DNA from: an uncultured Dehalococcoidia bacterium
GTDB taxonomy: Bacteria; Chloroflexota; Dehalococcoidia; Lucifugimonadales; CAUZEB01
Direction of reading: 5' to 3'
Length of the DNA: 59,011 bases
Assembly (NCBI GenBank): GCA_964431885.1
Contig: CAYSLK010000138.1
Coordinates: forward strand, 1 to 59,011
Below the pieces are notes generated by a model that ran no database searches, was not told the DNA's origin, and saw nothing but the letters and a program-made list of their open reading frames with translations. This document shows, in pieces, positions 19,618 to 30,792 of the stretch. Position 1 is the stretch's first letter. Each line of letters opens with the position of its first letter. The translations under genes and the position numbers were made by a program.

Positions 19618-21432
19618 GTGTATATGAGTGTAATTGAAGACATAAAAAGCAGATCTGATATTGTTGACATTATATCGAGTTACGTACCACTACAAAAAGC
19701 TGGACGAAACTTCAAGGTACAGTGTCCATTCCATTCAGAAAAAACTCCTTCTTTCATAGTGAATCCCGAAAGGCAAAGTTGGCGGTGTTTTGGAGCATGC
19801 GCTACAGGAGGAGATATTTTTGCATTTGTCATGAGATTTGACAGAGTAGAATTTAGTGAAGCACTAAGAATACTGGCTGGCAAGACTGGAGTGATATTAT
19901 CTAAAAAATCGAATGATAATAGAGAAAAACACCAAGCTCTCTACAAGATTAATGAAGTCACAGCCATGTTTTTTGAACAGTCTCTCTCCTCACCTCAAGG
20001 AGAAATTGCGGCCAAATACCTTGAAGCAAGAGGCGTCGCTAATGATGTCGCAAAAAGGTTTCGCTTAGGATATAGCCCGAATAGCTGGGGCGCGTTAAAA
20101 TCTCATTTGTCTAGCCTCAATATCTCCCTAGAAGAAGCGGTTTCCGCTGGAGTCTTATACAAAAGTACTGACGGGGAAATCAGGGATTTCTTTAGAGGAC
20201 GACTGATGTTCCCTATTGAGGATAAGCAAGGTCATATCTCAGGATTCGGCGCACGCGCTCTAGAAGACACCAATCCAAAATACTTAAATACTGCCAAAAG
20301 AGAAACTTTCGATAAGAGTGCTATTCTCTATGGTCTAGGATTGGCTAGAGACGCCATTAGATTTGAAAATGAAGGCGTGATTGTAGAAGGATACATGGAT
20401 GTAATAACTGCACATCAATACGGCTATACCAACGTGGTAGCATCAATGGGAACAGCTCTTACTAAACAGCAGGTTGCCCAATTAAAACCGTTAGCTAAGA
20501 CATTTCTTTTAGCACTTGACCCGGATAACGCGGGTCAAGAAGCTACACTACGGAGCCTAGAATCCTCTTGGAAGGTAATGGGCAAGAACGTACCAGTTAC
20601 CCAAAGTCGTTCCGCCGGGCCTCTATATCAAAAAGAACCTATGGTTCTTAAAATTGTGGATCTACCAATAAATAAAGATCCCGATTCCTTGATAAGAGAT
20701 GACGAAACAGAATGGCGCAGGCTAACAAAAGAAGCACTTCCACTGATCGACTATTTGATACCGGTCGTATCATCTAGATTTGATCTGGAAACAGGATATG
20801 GAAAGTCGCAGGCGGTAGAAGCACTTCTTCCACTTATTCAATCTGCCAATTTCTTTGATCAAGAATCATATTTAACTAAGCTTTCTGATGTGCTCGGTGT
20901 CCGAGAGGAAACACTTAAGGCCAGCATAGGCAAATTAAATACTAGTAGTTACAGAATTACTAGGAGACAAGCAGGCCAGAAACTTTCCAGTGAAATGAGT
21001 TCCATCCTATCCGTAAAAACCGGCGACCCTCTTGAAGAACACCTATTAGCTCTATTGTTGTCCAAACCTGAGTTAAAAAAGCATATGCTAGACTTTGATG
21101 CTGAGTATTTCAACAATTCTGTGACTAGAGAGGTATTTACGCAATGGTTAACCTGTTCTACAATGGATGATCTGGTTGATAGAATTGACGAATCCTTACG
21201 AGGCGAATTTGATCGATTGGCTCGTACTCAGCTTGTACCCAGTAACAGTTCTGAAAATGAAGCGGATCTTAAACAATGTATGCGGAGATTAGAGAAACGT
21301 CATCTCCAAATGCTTCAGGAGCAACTTTTGTTATCGTTAGATACTGGTGCACCTCCGCCTAAGACCTTAGAGGTGCAAATTGCAGATGTGAATGCCAGGC
21401 TAAAAGACATATTCGGATGGCGAGTTAAATAA
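19618..21432 (+). CDS. dnaG: DNA primase
   Basis: Zinc finger [25 protein letters not shown] and TOPRIM motifs (EGYMDV, LDPDNAG). The GTG at 19618 or the ATG at 19624 could be the start. Confidence 0.95.
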   Translation: [604 protein letters not shown]

Positions 21433-21462
21433 TATATTCGTTGCAAAAATAAGGGTGAATAC

Positions 21463-23001
21463 ATGAATAGAACTATGGATGGCGAAGATTCCGACGATAT
21501 ACTAAAAGGATTCATTAGAAGTTCTAGATCGTCGAATGAGTTGGAATCATTGAACGACCCGAGAGAAGGCCGACTTTTCTCATCAGAAGACAGAGACATA
21601 ATCAGTACAAAATCTAGAGAATCTATCAATGGAGACTCTCAGTCGTTTGTAGATGACGAGGAAAAACAGGAAACTGATAGTGACTCCGAAAATGAATGGG
21701 ATAAAGAATTAGATAATGTTGAAATCATTGACGATCCCGTCCGTATGTATCTCCGAGAAATAGGAAGAGTAAGGCTACTTAAAGCGGTAGAAGAACGTAG
21801 CCTTGCAAGAAAGATGGAGGCGTCAAAATATCTCCGCACCCTTGAACAGGGATTTGCGTCCATCAATGATAGACCCTTACGGGCCTTCAATTATTACCAT
21901 CAGATGTTGAAAGGCGCATGTCACGCACAGACTCTGATTGATGCATTATGCCGTTATAAAGGGATCGACCGTGAATTGAGTATATCCGAGATAATGAATC
22001 TCGAGGAATTTAGGAGTTTGATCGACGGTGAACTCCCAGAAGAAATGCTGAATTTTATCGCAGAAATTATGAACAAGGAACCAGATGAAATTAAACCTGA
22101 AATTCAAGAACTGTCTCTAAATAGCGGACTTCTTCCCAAAGAAATATTAGAAATCATTGGCCAGGAATGTACTCTCAACCAGCTAGCATCCAAAATAGAC
22201 GCTCCAGATTTTATGGCAACTCTGGAATCCTACGAACTTGTATTCAATAATTATGTTACTAAAATAAATGAAGGTGGCAATAAGGCACAGAAGCATCTAG
22301 CTGAGGCCAATCTCCGGTTGGTAGTAAGTGTGGCAAAGAAATATATAGGTAGAGGTATGTCACTCTTAGACCTTATTCAGGAAGGTAATATTGGACTCAT
22401 AAGGGCCGTGGAAAAATTCGATTACCGTAAAGGCTACAAATTTAGCACATACGCAACTTGGTGGATTCGACAAGCCATCACAAGAGCCATAGCTGACCAA
22501 GCCAGAACGATTAGAATTCCTGTACACATGGTGGAAACAATCAATAAATTACTTAGGGTTAGTCGAAGATTAGTGCAAGAATATGGCCGAGAACCAACTA
22601 GTGAAGAAATAGGCTCTGGTATGGAAGTACAATCAGATAAAGTACGAGAAATTCTAAAAATTTCTCAAGAACCTGTGTCTCTAGAAACACCAATAGGTGA
22701 AGAAGAAGATAGCCATTTAGGAGATTTTATTGAAGACAGGGGTGCACTCGCACCCTCGGATGCAGCTTCCTATCAACTTCTAAAAGAACAAGTGGAGGAC
22801 ATACTAGGTACCCTAAGTGAACGCGAGGCTCGTGTTCTTCAACTGAGATTTGGATTGGAAGACGGTAGAAGCCGTACTCTAGAAGAAGTAGGTAGAGATT
22901 TTGGAGTAACCAGAGAACGTATCAGACAAATAGAAGCAAAGGCCTTGAGAAAATTAAGGCACCCTAATCGCTCCAAAAAGTTGAGAGACTTTTTGGAGTA
23001 A
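21463..23001 (+). CDS. rpoD: RNA polymerase primary sigma factor
   Basis: Region 2 [32 protein letters not shown], region 4 [30 protein letters not shown], and an acidic N-terminus. Confidence 0.95.
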   Translation: MNRTMDGEDSDDILKGFIRSSRSSNELESLNDPREGRLFSSEDRDIISTKSRESINGDSQSFVDDEEKQETDSDSENEWDKELDNVEIIDDPVRMYLREIGRVRLLKAVEERSLARKMEASKYLRTLEQGFASINDRPLRAFNYYHQMLKGACHAQTLIDALCRYKGIDRELSISEIMNLEEFRSLIDGELPEEMLNFIAEIMNKEPDEIKPEIQELSLNSGLLPKEILEIIGQECTLNQLASKIDAPDFMATLESYELVFNNYVTKINEGGNKAQKHLAEANLRLVVSVAKKYIGRGMSLLDLIQEGNIGLIRAVEKFDYRKGYKFSTYATWWIRQAITRAIADQARTIRIPVHMVETINKLLRVSRRLVQEYGREPTSEEIGSGMEVQSDKVREILKISQEPVSLETPIGEEEDSHLGDFIEDRGALAPSDAASYQLLKEQVEDILGTLSEREARVLQLRFGLEDGRSRTLEEVGRDFGVTRERIRQIEAKALRKLRHPNRSKKLRDFLE

Positions 23002-23036
23002 TGAGAAGTCGAAACCTCAAGGAATAGAAGTTTATT

Positions 23037-24128
23037 ATGGGCAGTAATGATAGCAATATTAAATCAAAAGTAGCAGTAACATACACAGCGCCTAAAACAG
23101 TCCTTGACGATATTTCGAACGTCATGCATCTGGCGAATTACAATCATCATTTAGATAGTAGTCTTGCAACTCTTCTCAAGATAAACATTTCATGGCAACA
23201 TTATTACCCGGCATGTTCAACAACACCATGGCAATTAGAAGGTGTTATTAAAACTCTATTAGCTGATGGATTCGATGATCTTGTTCCGACTCATAATGGG
23301 ACAGTGGTAGTAGATGCGAAAGAAGGCTCAATCAAAAATAAACATAAGATAGTGGAAGACAAATACAACCTTTCTAGTTTACACCTAGAAGAAGTTAAAT
23401 GGATTCGATACCGTCCCAAAACACCTATGAAGGTCCTGGACAGTATATATCCTGAAGGCATCTTTATCCCTGAATCACTTATAGGGAAAAACATTGTGCA
23501 TTTGCCGACTCTTAAAACACATGTCTTCACAACATTGACTGGTGCAATGAAGAACGCATTCGGTGGATTATTGAATCACAGACGTCATTGGACCCATTCA
23601 GTGATTCATGAAACACTTGTAGACCTTTTGCAAATTCAGAAGGAGATTCATCCAGGAATTTTCGCCGTAAGTGATGGTACTCTAGCAGGAGACGGTCCAG
23701 GCCCTCGGGCTATGCGATGGCATAGAAAAAATATCATGCTTGCCAGCTCAGACCAAGTTGCTATAGATGCCGTATCGGCCAAATTGATGGGCTTTGACCC
23801 GATGTCAATTAAATTTATCCGTTTAGCTCATGAAGCTGGCTTAGGATGTGGAGATATAAACCAAATAGATATCGTAGGAGAAGATATATCTGACGTTAAT
23901 TGGCATTTCACTGGATCAGAAAACACTTTTGCCAGTCTGGGCCAAAAGCTAGTCTATTGGGGACGCCTTAAGCCCCTAGAGAAGTTTTTACTCCGTACCC
24001 CATTAGTAGCCTTAGGAATCCTAGCATCCAATCTGTACCATAATGGATACTGGTTACCTGTTAAAGGTAGAAGCCGAGTTAATGCTGCTTTGAAGACCGA
24101 CTGGGGGCAATTATTTAAAAGATACTGA
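23037..24128 (+). CDS. DUF362-domain protein
   Basis: The pattern KINISWQ...LKTHVFTTLTGAMKNAFGG...GDGPGP is typical of DUF362, recalled from memory. Confidence 0.7.
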   Translation: MGSNDSNIKSKVAVTYTAPKTVLDDISNVMHLANYNHHLDSSLATLLKINISWQHYYPACSTTPWQLEGVIKTLLADGFDDLVPTHNGTVVVDAKEGSIKNKHKIVEDKYNLSSLHLEEVKWIRYRPKTPMKVLDSIYPEGIFIPESLIGKNIVHLPTLKTHVFTTLTGAMKNAFGGLLNHRRHWTHSVIHETLVDLLQIQKEIHPGIFAVSDGTLAGDGPGPRAMRWHRKNIMLASSDQVAIDAVSAKLMGFDPMSIKFIRLAHEAGLGCGDINQIDIVGEDISDVNWHFTGSENTFASLGQKLVYWGRLKPLEKFLLRTPLVALGILASNLYHNGYWLPVKGRSRVNAALKTDWGQLFKRY

Positions 24129-24230
24129 TTCTATAAATTCCCTCCTAACAAATTAACGAATCTGTCCGTGAGGGACCGTATAAATGTTTATCATAGCCTA
24201 TTCCGCAATATCCTACTTGATGAAGTAAAT

Positions 24231-24920
24231 ATGTGCGGACGTTACACATTATCAACGCCAATAGAACTTCTTCAAAAACGATTCTTGTTCAAGATATCGC
24301 CTCTATCCTACGTCGTTAATTATAACATCGCACCCAGTGAACCCGTACTAACGATAACTGGAAACGGAGTCAACACAGGCCAGTACATGAAATGGGGTCT
24401 TATACCTTCTTGGTCGAAGAACTCCTCAATGGGTAGTAAAATGATTAACGCTAGAGCAGAAACGCTTGGCGAACGTCCTAGCTTCCGTGGAGCTATACGA
24501 ACAAACCGATGTCTTATCATTGCTGACAGCTTTTATGAATGGCGAAACGTAAGAGGAAAGAAAATTCCGTTTCGTATAATGCTGGAAAATAATCAGCCTT
24601 TTGCGTTTGCCGGACTTTGGGCTAGATGGAATGATTTCACAGGCAACTCGGTATTATCGTGTACAATCATTACTACTAACCCAAATTCGCTAATTAAACC
24701 CGTACACAAACGTATGCCTGTCATCTTACCCGCCCAGGCTGAAAAAATATGGCTAGATCCACAAATACAGGATACAGAGATGTTATCAAATATTCTCGTA
24801 CCATATCCTTCAAATGAAATGAGAGTTTACGAGGTCTCTAAGTTAGTCAATTCTCCTAAAAACAACTTCCCCGAACTCATAAAGGAAATAGAGTATTCGT
24901 CGTACTACGATCAATGCTAA
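24231..24920 (+). CDS. SOS response-associated peptidase (SRAP/YedK family)
   Basis: MCGRYTL N-terminus (catalytic Cys2). The start is therefore set at ATG 24231, not the upstream GTG 24168. HKRMPVIL motif also present. Confidence 0.9.
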   Translation: MCGRYTLSTPIELLQKRFLFKISPLSYVVNYNIAPSEPVLTITGNGVNTGQYMKWGLIPSWSKNSSMGSKMINARAETLGERPSFRGAIRTNRCLIIADSFYEWRNVRGKKIPFRIMLENNQPFAFAGLWARWNDFTGNSVLSCTIITTNPNSLIKPVHKRMPVILPAQAEKIWLDPQIQDTEMLSNILVPYPSNEMRVYEVSKLVNSPKNNFPELIKEIEYSSYYDQC

Positions 24921-25060
24921 CTGTATTCATAAACATATACGCCTCTGACAATGCTGACATCCGAAGCTATTGCAATTTCCCTTTCTTATATACGTTCAGA
25001 GTTTAGAAGTATCAACGTTTATTCTGTGATCCGAAAACCCTTGTTTAGATTGAATTTAAG

Positions 25061-26833
25061 TTGCGTACGCTGTATAAAACATATGATAATTTCTTTATAT
25101 CGGATTGCAGGACCATATTCATGACCGAAGTTCCCTTAAACATCGACGGCATAGTTGCAAGTTATGCTAGTACAAGGCCTGATATGTGGGTCGTATCAGC
25201 CTGTGGCATAACTTCTGACGGTACGCCTATTCCAGTTTTATTACATCGGGATTCATATGTAACACATTCCGATCAAATTCGAGTCCTATTATTAGGAGGG
25301 CTCTCAGGTTACACAGATGAAGTTGAATTAATAGTGCAGGCTCTAAAGTTGATTTTAGAAACCGATAATATTGCAACTAAAGGCTTAGCTATAAGTGCAA
25401 TTCCCTGTGCGAATATAGACGGGTTTATCACAACAAAAGCTCCTCTGAATTCAAAGGGCGGAAATTTATTGTCGGGTTATCCTCCCTCGAATGCCTTCTT
25501 CTATCATCCAGTTAATTCTGAACTGAGGTACATATGGCGCTGGATTTGCTTTCTAGCCCCTGATCTAATTATAGAATTAGTCTCGGGTCAAGTGATTTCT
25601 TGGGAAGCCAATTTGACAGCAGTTAAACAATTCCCGCATTTAAAATGTAAGGATATAACTGGAGATGGTAGTTTAATTGGCACCCTAGGAACTGAAAATC
25701 GAGCAGACTTTCATACTATTCCAGGGCTGAGATTGACAATACCAAAAAATAGTCTGCCTCAACAGCTAAACCAAATATGGGATTCACTGACAAAAAACCC
25801 ATCACCAACTCCCTCGCCTGCGCGCCTAAATTTACTCTCACTTGGGTCACGAAGTCCTAAGAAAATAGCGTCCCTACTAGCCAGATACTATGGCCATAAG
25901 TTCGACTCGCCAGTGATGTACACTCAAGGCGTAGGGATAAGTGGGCGTCTACGTCTATGGGCCATGGATAAGACCATTTCTAATCCCATTCCAGATATTA
26001 TCCATATGACCTCTCCATTCCTATCCGGGAATCTAACCTTGTTCGAAATGAATGCAGAAGCTCATAATCTGGGTGCAGTTCTATGGGCTGATGAACTCGC
26101 CGAAGTTACCAATAATAGCGCACATGCCAAGTTACTCCTTCATTCGGCCCAACATATTACTCAAAGAGGGCACGGTGAGCCCCCTCATCCGGCTGACCCA
26201 GACTTTCGTACAGAAGATCTTTTCCTCCTTGGAACCATTTTAGGACGAGCCTATCGTCTTACTAATGACACCACTTATATAGAGATAGCCATCGACATGT
26301 TCTTACATCATGAAACCCAACAAGCTAACGGATTATACTGGCATAGTCGATCTAATCCTTTCTACTGGGGTAGGGGTAATGGATTCGCCGCCTTAGGACT
26401 AGCAGAGCTATTAACTTATATGCCACAAAACCATCTACAGAGACAGAGAATAATAGAAATGCATGTTAAATTGCTAGACGGATTGATACCAACGCAGGAA
26501 CCATCTGGTATGTTCCCACAGTTGCTTAACTATAGAGGTTCCTATCATGAACATTCTGCCACGTCCATGATAGGCTACTCCGTAGCAAAGGGAATACTTC
26601 TAGGATGGTTAGAATACTCCCAGTGTATAAAATTACTCGATGCAGCATGGAAAGGCGTCATAGAGCGTATAGACCTTCACGGTAAATTAGTCGACGTCTG
26701 TACGAGCACTGGAGTCTATGACGATAATTCAGGCTATTTGAACAGGCCAGCTATAAGCGGTTACGATGATCGTGGTGGTGGGATGGCACTATGGTTCGCT
26801 ATTGAGATGTGTAAATTATATGAAACACAGTGA
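25061..26833 (+). CDS. two-domain protein: N-terminal M14/AstE-like region (weak) plus C-terminal GH88/GH105-like (alpha/alpha)6 hydrolase
   Basis: C-terminal half: YWGRGNGFAALGLAELLTYMP and MFPQLLN..YHEHSATSMIGYSVAKGILLGWL match the YteR/UGL-type signature. N-terminal half: RVLLLGGLSGYTDEVE...AIPCANIDGF resembles a carboxypeptidase-like fold without clear metal ligands. Alternative start at ATG 25121. Confidence 0.7.
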   Translation: MRTLYKTYDNFFISDCRTIFMTEVPLNIDGIVASYASTRPDMWVVSACGITSDGTPIPVLLHRDSYVTHSDQIRVLLLGGLSGYTDEVELIVQALKLILETDNIATKGLAISAIPCANIDGFITTKAPLNSKGGNLLSGYPPSNAFFYHPVNSELRYIWRWICFLAPDLIIELVSGQVISWEANLTAVKQFPHLKCKDITGDGSLIGTLGTENRADFHTIPGLRLTIPKNSLPQQLNQIWDSLTKNPSPTPSPARLNLLSLGSRSPKKIASLLARYYGHKFDSPVMYTQGVGISGRLRLWAMDKTISNPIPDIIHMTSPFLSGNLTLFEMNAEAHNLGAVLWADELAEVTNNSAHAKLLLHSAQHITQRGHGEPPHPADPDFRTEDLFLLGTILGRAYRLTNDTTYIEIAIDMFLHHETQQANGLYWHSRSNPFYWGRGNGFAALGLAELLTYMPQNHLQRQRIIEMHVKLLDGLIPTQEPSGMFPQLLNYRGSYHEHSATSMIGYSVAKGILLGWLEYSQCIKLLDAAWKGVIERIDLHGKLVDVCTSTGVYDDNSGYLNRPAISGYDDRGGGMALWFAIEMCKLYETQ

Positions 26834-26871
26834 CTCTCGAGGGTAATTTATTTATGGCGTGCGATTAATTG

Positions 26872-28146
26872 CTATTCTCGTACATGGCCTGAACCCAACA
26901 CAATCCACTTGTATGATGTTAACTCCCTAAGACCCATTGGGCCCCTGACGGGGAATTTACTGGTACTTATGGCCACTTCAGCTCCCAGACCAAACTCGCC
27001 CCCGTCGTTAAATCGAGTGGATGCGTTAACCATTACTGCACTAGAGTCTATTTCATTTAAGAATTTCATGGCAGAAGAGTAATCTTCCGTCACTATGGCT
27101 TCCGAATGTCCTGTGCCAAACGTTTCTATGTGATTAATAACTTCATCTATAGAAGAGACAATTTTGATCGATGCTTTTAATGACAAGTATTCTGTGCCCC
27201 AATCTTCTTTTCCTGCAGGAATGGCGCTAGGTCCCACCACAGAACTCAAGATATCCATACTCGCGGGATCACAGCGCATTTCCACTCCGGCATCCGACCA
27301 CATCTTTCCAATCTTGGGTAAGTATTCAGAGGCTATATCTGAGTGGACTATTAATGTGTCGAGTGCGTTACACACAGAAGGACGCTGGACTTTAGCATTA
27401 AAGACAATATTTAAGGCCATATCTATGTTGGCAGACCTATCAACGTACGTGTGGCAAACGCCAATACCGCCGGTGATAGCAGGTATAGTCGATTCTTCAG
27501 ACACACGGTGGATTAAATTTGCACCACCGCGGGGAATTATAAGATCAATCTCATCTTTCATCTTAAGCATTCTACCCACAATTTCTCTATCAGTGGATTC
27601 GATAAACTGAACGGTATTCTCAGGAATACCCGCACATAGAACAGAATCTCTAATCACTTTGACGAGTGCCTTATTCGTATGTATTGACTCCTTACCTCCG
27701 CGAAGAATTACAGCATTTCCAGATTTGAGGCAAAGTACAGATATATCCACTGTCACGTTAGGCCTGCTCTCATATATGGCTCCTATTACTCCCAAGGGGA
27801 CCCTTCTTTTACTAACCTGTAGTCCATTTGGCATAGTGCGCATATCGATGGTCTCACCCACAGGATCTGGAAGATTGGATACTGCACGAACATCTGAAGC
27901 AAGTAATTGTAATCGCTCATTATCAAGAAGCAAACGATCCAATAAAGCTTCTGACATTCCGTCTGATTTGCCGTTCTTGTAATCTTCTTCGTTAGCTTTT
28001 AATATCTCGTGATTAGACGACGTGAGTGTTTCAGCTATATTAAGTAGAGCCTGGTTCTTAACATGCCCAGTTATATTAGCTAAATCACGGGCCGCTTTCC
28101 TCGCAGCTTTTGCTTTTATGTTTAATTCATTTCCGGACATTAGCAT
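26872..28146 (-). CDS. proA: gamma-glutamyl phosphate reductase
   Basis: Full-length ProA pattern (VPLGVIGAIYESRPNVT, catalytic CNALDTLIVH, GTGHSEAIVT, ASTRFNDGGEFGLGAE). Confidence 0.95.
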   Translation of the reverse strand: MLMSGNELNIKAKAARKAARDLANITGHVKNQALLNIAETLTSSNHEILKANEEDYKNGKSDGMSEALLDRLLLDNERLQLLASDVRAVSNLPDPVGETIDMRTMPNGLQVSKRRVPLGVIGAIYESRPNVTVDISVLCLKSGNAVILRGGKESIHTNKALVKVIRDSVLCAGIPENTVQFIESTDREIVGRMLKMKDEIDLIIPRGGANLIHRVSEESTIPAITGGIGVCHTYVDRSANIDMALNIVFNAKVQRPSVCNALDTLIVHSDIASEYLPKIGKMWSDAGVEMRCDPASMDILSSVVGPSAIPAGKEDWGTEYLSLKASIKIVSSIDEVINHIETFGTGHSEAIVTEDYSSAMKFLNEIDSSAVMVNASTRFNDGGEFGLGAEVAISTSKFPVRGPMGLRELTSYKWIVLGSGHVRE

Positions 28147-28171
28147 TACAAAAGATCTCCCAACGTCTATT

Positions 28172-29338
28172 TTAGACTATGACCATGTTGCTACGATGCA
28201 CCGCCTCTTCACCATAACTATGTTGTAAAATATTTTCTATATTCTCCGAGTGTAATCCTTTAATACTTGACAGATCCTCAGAACTATAGTTAGTTATTCC
28301 AGCTGCTATTTGCTTGCCTTTAGTATCCAGGATGGATACGATCTCACCTCTGTCGAAAGATCCCGTAATATCAATTACACCAGCTGGTAAAAGACTACGA
28401 TGCTTAGTGCAAATTGCACGAACAGCTCCGTCATCAACTAGTATTTCACCTTTAGTGGACAGTCCACTTAGCATCCATCTTTTCCTACTTTCCATTTTTG
28501 TTCTGCTTGCAGGAAAGAAAGTTCCAATACTCTCACCATCAATCAACCTTCTGACGACATCCTCTTCCTGCCCGTTGGCTATCACAACATCTACACCAGA
28601 TACAGCTGCAATACGAGAGGCTTCAATTTTCGTAGTCATGCCTCCTCTACCTCTACCATCTCTAGAAGGGCCTCCCATAGACTCTACATCTTGATTAACT
28701 TCGTCCACAATTTGGACAAGTTTAGCTTTAGGGTCAATGTTAGGATCTGAAGTAAATAAACCATCCACTTCTCCCAGCATAACTAATAAATCTGCATCTA
28801 CTAAATTAGCCACCAAGGCTGACAGGGTATCGTTATCACCGAAACCTTCACCTATCAATTCATCAATAGAGACCACATCGTTTTCATTTATTATTGGCAC
28901 AATTTTGTGTTCCAAGAGGGCTAGAAGTGTATTACGCACATTAAGATATCCAAGCCTATCGGATAAATCTTTGCGGGATAGTAATGCCTGGCCGACTCTT
29001 ATATCGTATGACTCAAACAATTGTTGGTAAACGTGCATAAGACGGCCTTGACCGACTGCAGCTAGAACTTGCCTAAACGATATATCTTTGCTGTCCTGAG
29101 GTAATTCTAAAGCATTTCTTCCTGCAGCTACAGCACCGGAGGATACGAGTAAAATTTCAGCACCCTTACAATGAAGATAAGCTATTTGACCAACAATATT
29201 TGACATAATTCCCAGGTTAAGACTATCTGTCCCACTTGTGAGTAGGCTAGTTCCCGCCTTAACCACTATACGTCTATAAGACTCCTGAGACTTATATGTG
29301 GAAATGTCACTTGAATCTGAAATAAAGTTGGCCGACAT
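28172..29338 (-). CDS. proB: glutamate 5-kinase (with C-terminal PUA domain)
   Basis: RIVVKAGTSLLT, VSSGAVAAG, GDNDTLSA, GGMTTKIEA, and a PUA tail. Located immediately upstream of proA. Confidence 0.95.
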   Translation of the reverse strand: MSANFISDSSDISTYKSQESYRRIVVKAGTSLLTSGTDSLNLGIMSNIVGQIAYLHCKGAEILLVSSGAVAAGRNALELPQDSKDISFRQVLAAVGQGRLMHVYQQLFESYDIRVGQALLSRKDLSDRLGYLNVRNTLLALLEHKIVPIINENDVVSIDELIGEGFGDNDTLSALVANLVDADLLVMLGEVDGLFTSDPNIDPKAKLVQIVDEVNQDVESMGGPSRDGRGRGGMTTKIEASRIAAVSGVDVVIANGQEEDVVRRLIDGESIGTFFPASRTKMESRKRWMLSGLSTKGEILVDDGAVRAICTKHRSLLPAGVIDITGSFDRGEIVSILDTKGKQIAAGITNYSSEDLSSIKGLHSENIENILQHSYGEEAVHRSNMVIV

Positions 29339-29422
29339 TCGGGATTCTCGTTATCTTTATATTCGTTAGTTCATCTTCTACAGTGTCCCTATAGTAACAC
29401 ATTCAGACCTGCCTTAAGATTG

Positions 29423-30397
29423 CTACCATGAGGGACTAAGGTCTTCAGAGTTGTTACTGGTAAGACGTACCTGATCTTCGCCATTTGTATTCATTACGAA
29501 GATTTCTGAATCTCCATCCAAAAAAGACACGAAAGCTATTTGCCGGCCACCGGGCGACCATACGGGACTCTCATCAATGACATCATTGAATGTAAGCCTG
29601 ATTTGGCTGGTTCCATCAAGATTGGTAGTGTAAACCTCAGGGTTACCATCCCTTTCAGAAATGAATAGGATCTGTCTGCCATTAGGTGACCAAGAGATTT
29701 GAGACTCGCCCTCATTAGTCCTGGTAATTCTTTTCTGTTCACTCCCATCTGATTTCATAACATATATCTCTGGATTACCATCCCTAGACGATATAAATGC
29801 AATCCTTTTGGAATCAGGTGACCAAACAGGACTATAATCGGGAGTTTCGGATAACCGAACTTCATTTACGCCTCTGGGATTACGTGTCCAAATACCTTGT
29901 AGGTGCCCATCAGTTACCGAGAATGCGACAGCATTTCCATCAGAGGACCATGTCCCTAGATCCGAGGCTGGAATCGAAGTCAATTGTAAAGATTCTGTCC
30001 CATCAACGTTAACTGTAAATAAATGATGAACACCTTTTTTACTTTCAACGTACACTAACCCATCACTAGTGGGAGACCAATAATGGCTGCCGTGTGTACC
30101 TTCGTCTAAATCCAATCGGACACGTGTATTCTTCTCGAAGTCCATTATCTCGATCTGTTTGGCCAGTCCAAATCCAGAGAGGAAGGATATCAATTTCTTA
30201 TTAGGTGATAGTTTAGGAGACACTTCATCGTCTAGGCTCTTACTGGCATTTTCCTGGTTTTCACCATTGGAATCCATCGTATAAATCTCCCAGTTGCCAT
30301 CACGATTAGAAGTAAATACGATCGAAGATTCAGTGGAGCTACAAGCGACAGACATGAAGATCATGAACGCTAGGAAGAAAGTTCGTATCTGTTTCAT
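29423..30397 (-). CDS. TolB-like PD40/WD40 beta-propeller protein, probable lipoprotein
   Basis: Signal peptide ending in SVAC, and repeated S.DG..IAF.S.RDGN.EIY motifs (PD40 repeats). Confidence 0.8.
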   Translation of the reverse strand: MKQIRTFFLAFMIFMSVACSSTESSIVFTSNRDGNWEIYTMDSNGENQENASKSLDDEVSPKLSPNKKLISFLSGFGLAKQIEIMDFEKNTRVRLDLDEGTHGSHYWSPTSDGLVYVESKKGVHHLFTVNVDGTESLQLTSIPASDLGTWSSDGNAVAFSVTDGHLQGIWTRNPRGVNEVRLSETPDYSPVWSPDSKRIAFISSRDGNPEIYVMKSDGSEQKRITRTNEGESQISWSPNGRQILFISERDGNPEVYTTNLDGTSQIRLTFNDVIDESPVWSPGGRQIAFVSFLDGDSEIFVMNTNGEDQVRLTSNNSEDLSPSW

Positions 30398-30792
30398 AGT
30401 TATACCCTCTGCCTAGAAAAATAATTAAGGATCTAGATTAGCATAATTTCCTATAGCGTATCCTAGCTTTATCACAGACGACATTTGTAGGGCAAGGTTT
30501 TCCTAGGTGCCGACACTCGTTGTTTGTTATAATCCCTGCAGTCCTTAGGCTCATATTTGTCAAAAGATATCAGATCATGGAATCATCCAAAGGGCTTAGA
30601 TAACAAAACATACACCCGGTGAACTTCTTAGATTCATCACGTTTTCAGTCTCTATGCTATACAATTTTGGATATCTTGGTCCAAAATCACATATTTGATC
30701 TACGATCAAATGTCCTGGGACCTACTCCTATGCATATTAATCTTAATTATCGTCAATGAAGAAGTTAACACGGGCTCTCATTATGCTTTTAC

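Noticed and set aside
24126-24230. The DUF362 gene ends in TGA and is in frame, with no further stop, with the following SRAP ORF (possible read-through fusion)
   Set aside because: SRAP proteins require an N-terminal Met-Cys (MCGRY), which occurs at 24231. The 34 linker codons look non-coding, and I found no convincing hairpin. This is a chance open frame.
30398-30792. Unusually long (~400 nt) non-coding gaps here and at 49630-50056 and 55029-55431, as possible sRNA or riboswitch loci
   Set aside because: I found no conserved riboswitch cores (B12 box, SAM, TPP), tRNA-Sec or strong hairpins by eye. They may simply be promoter regions, and this cannot be decided without covariance-model searches.
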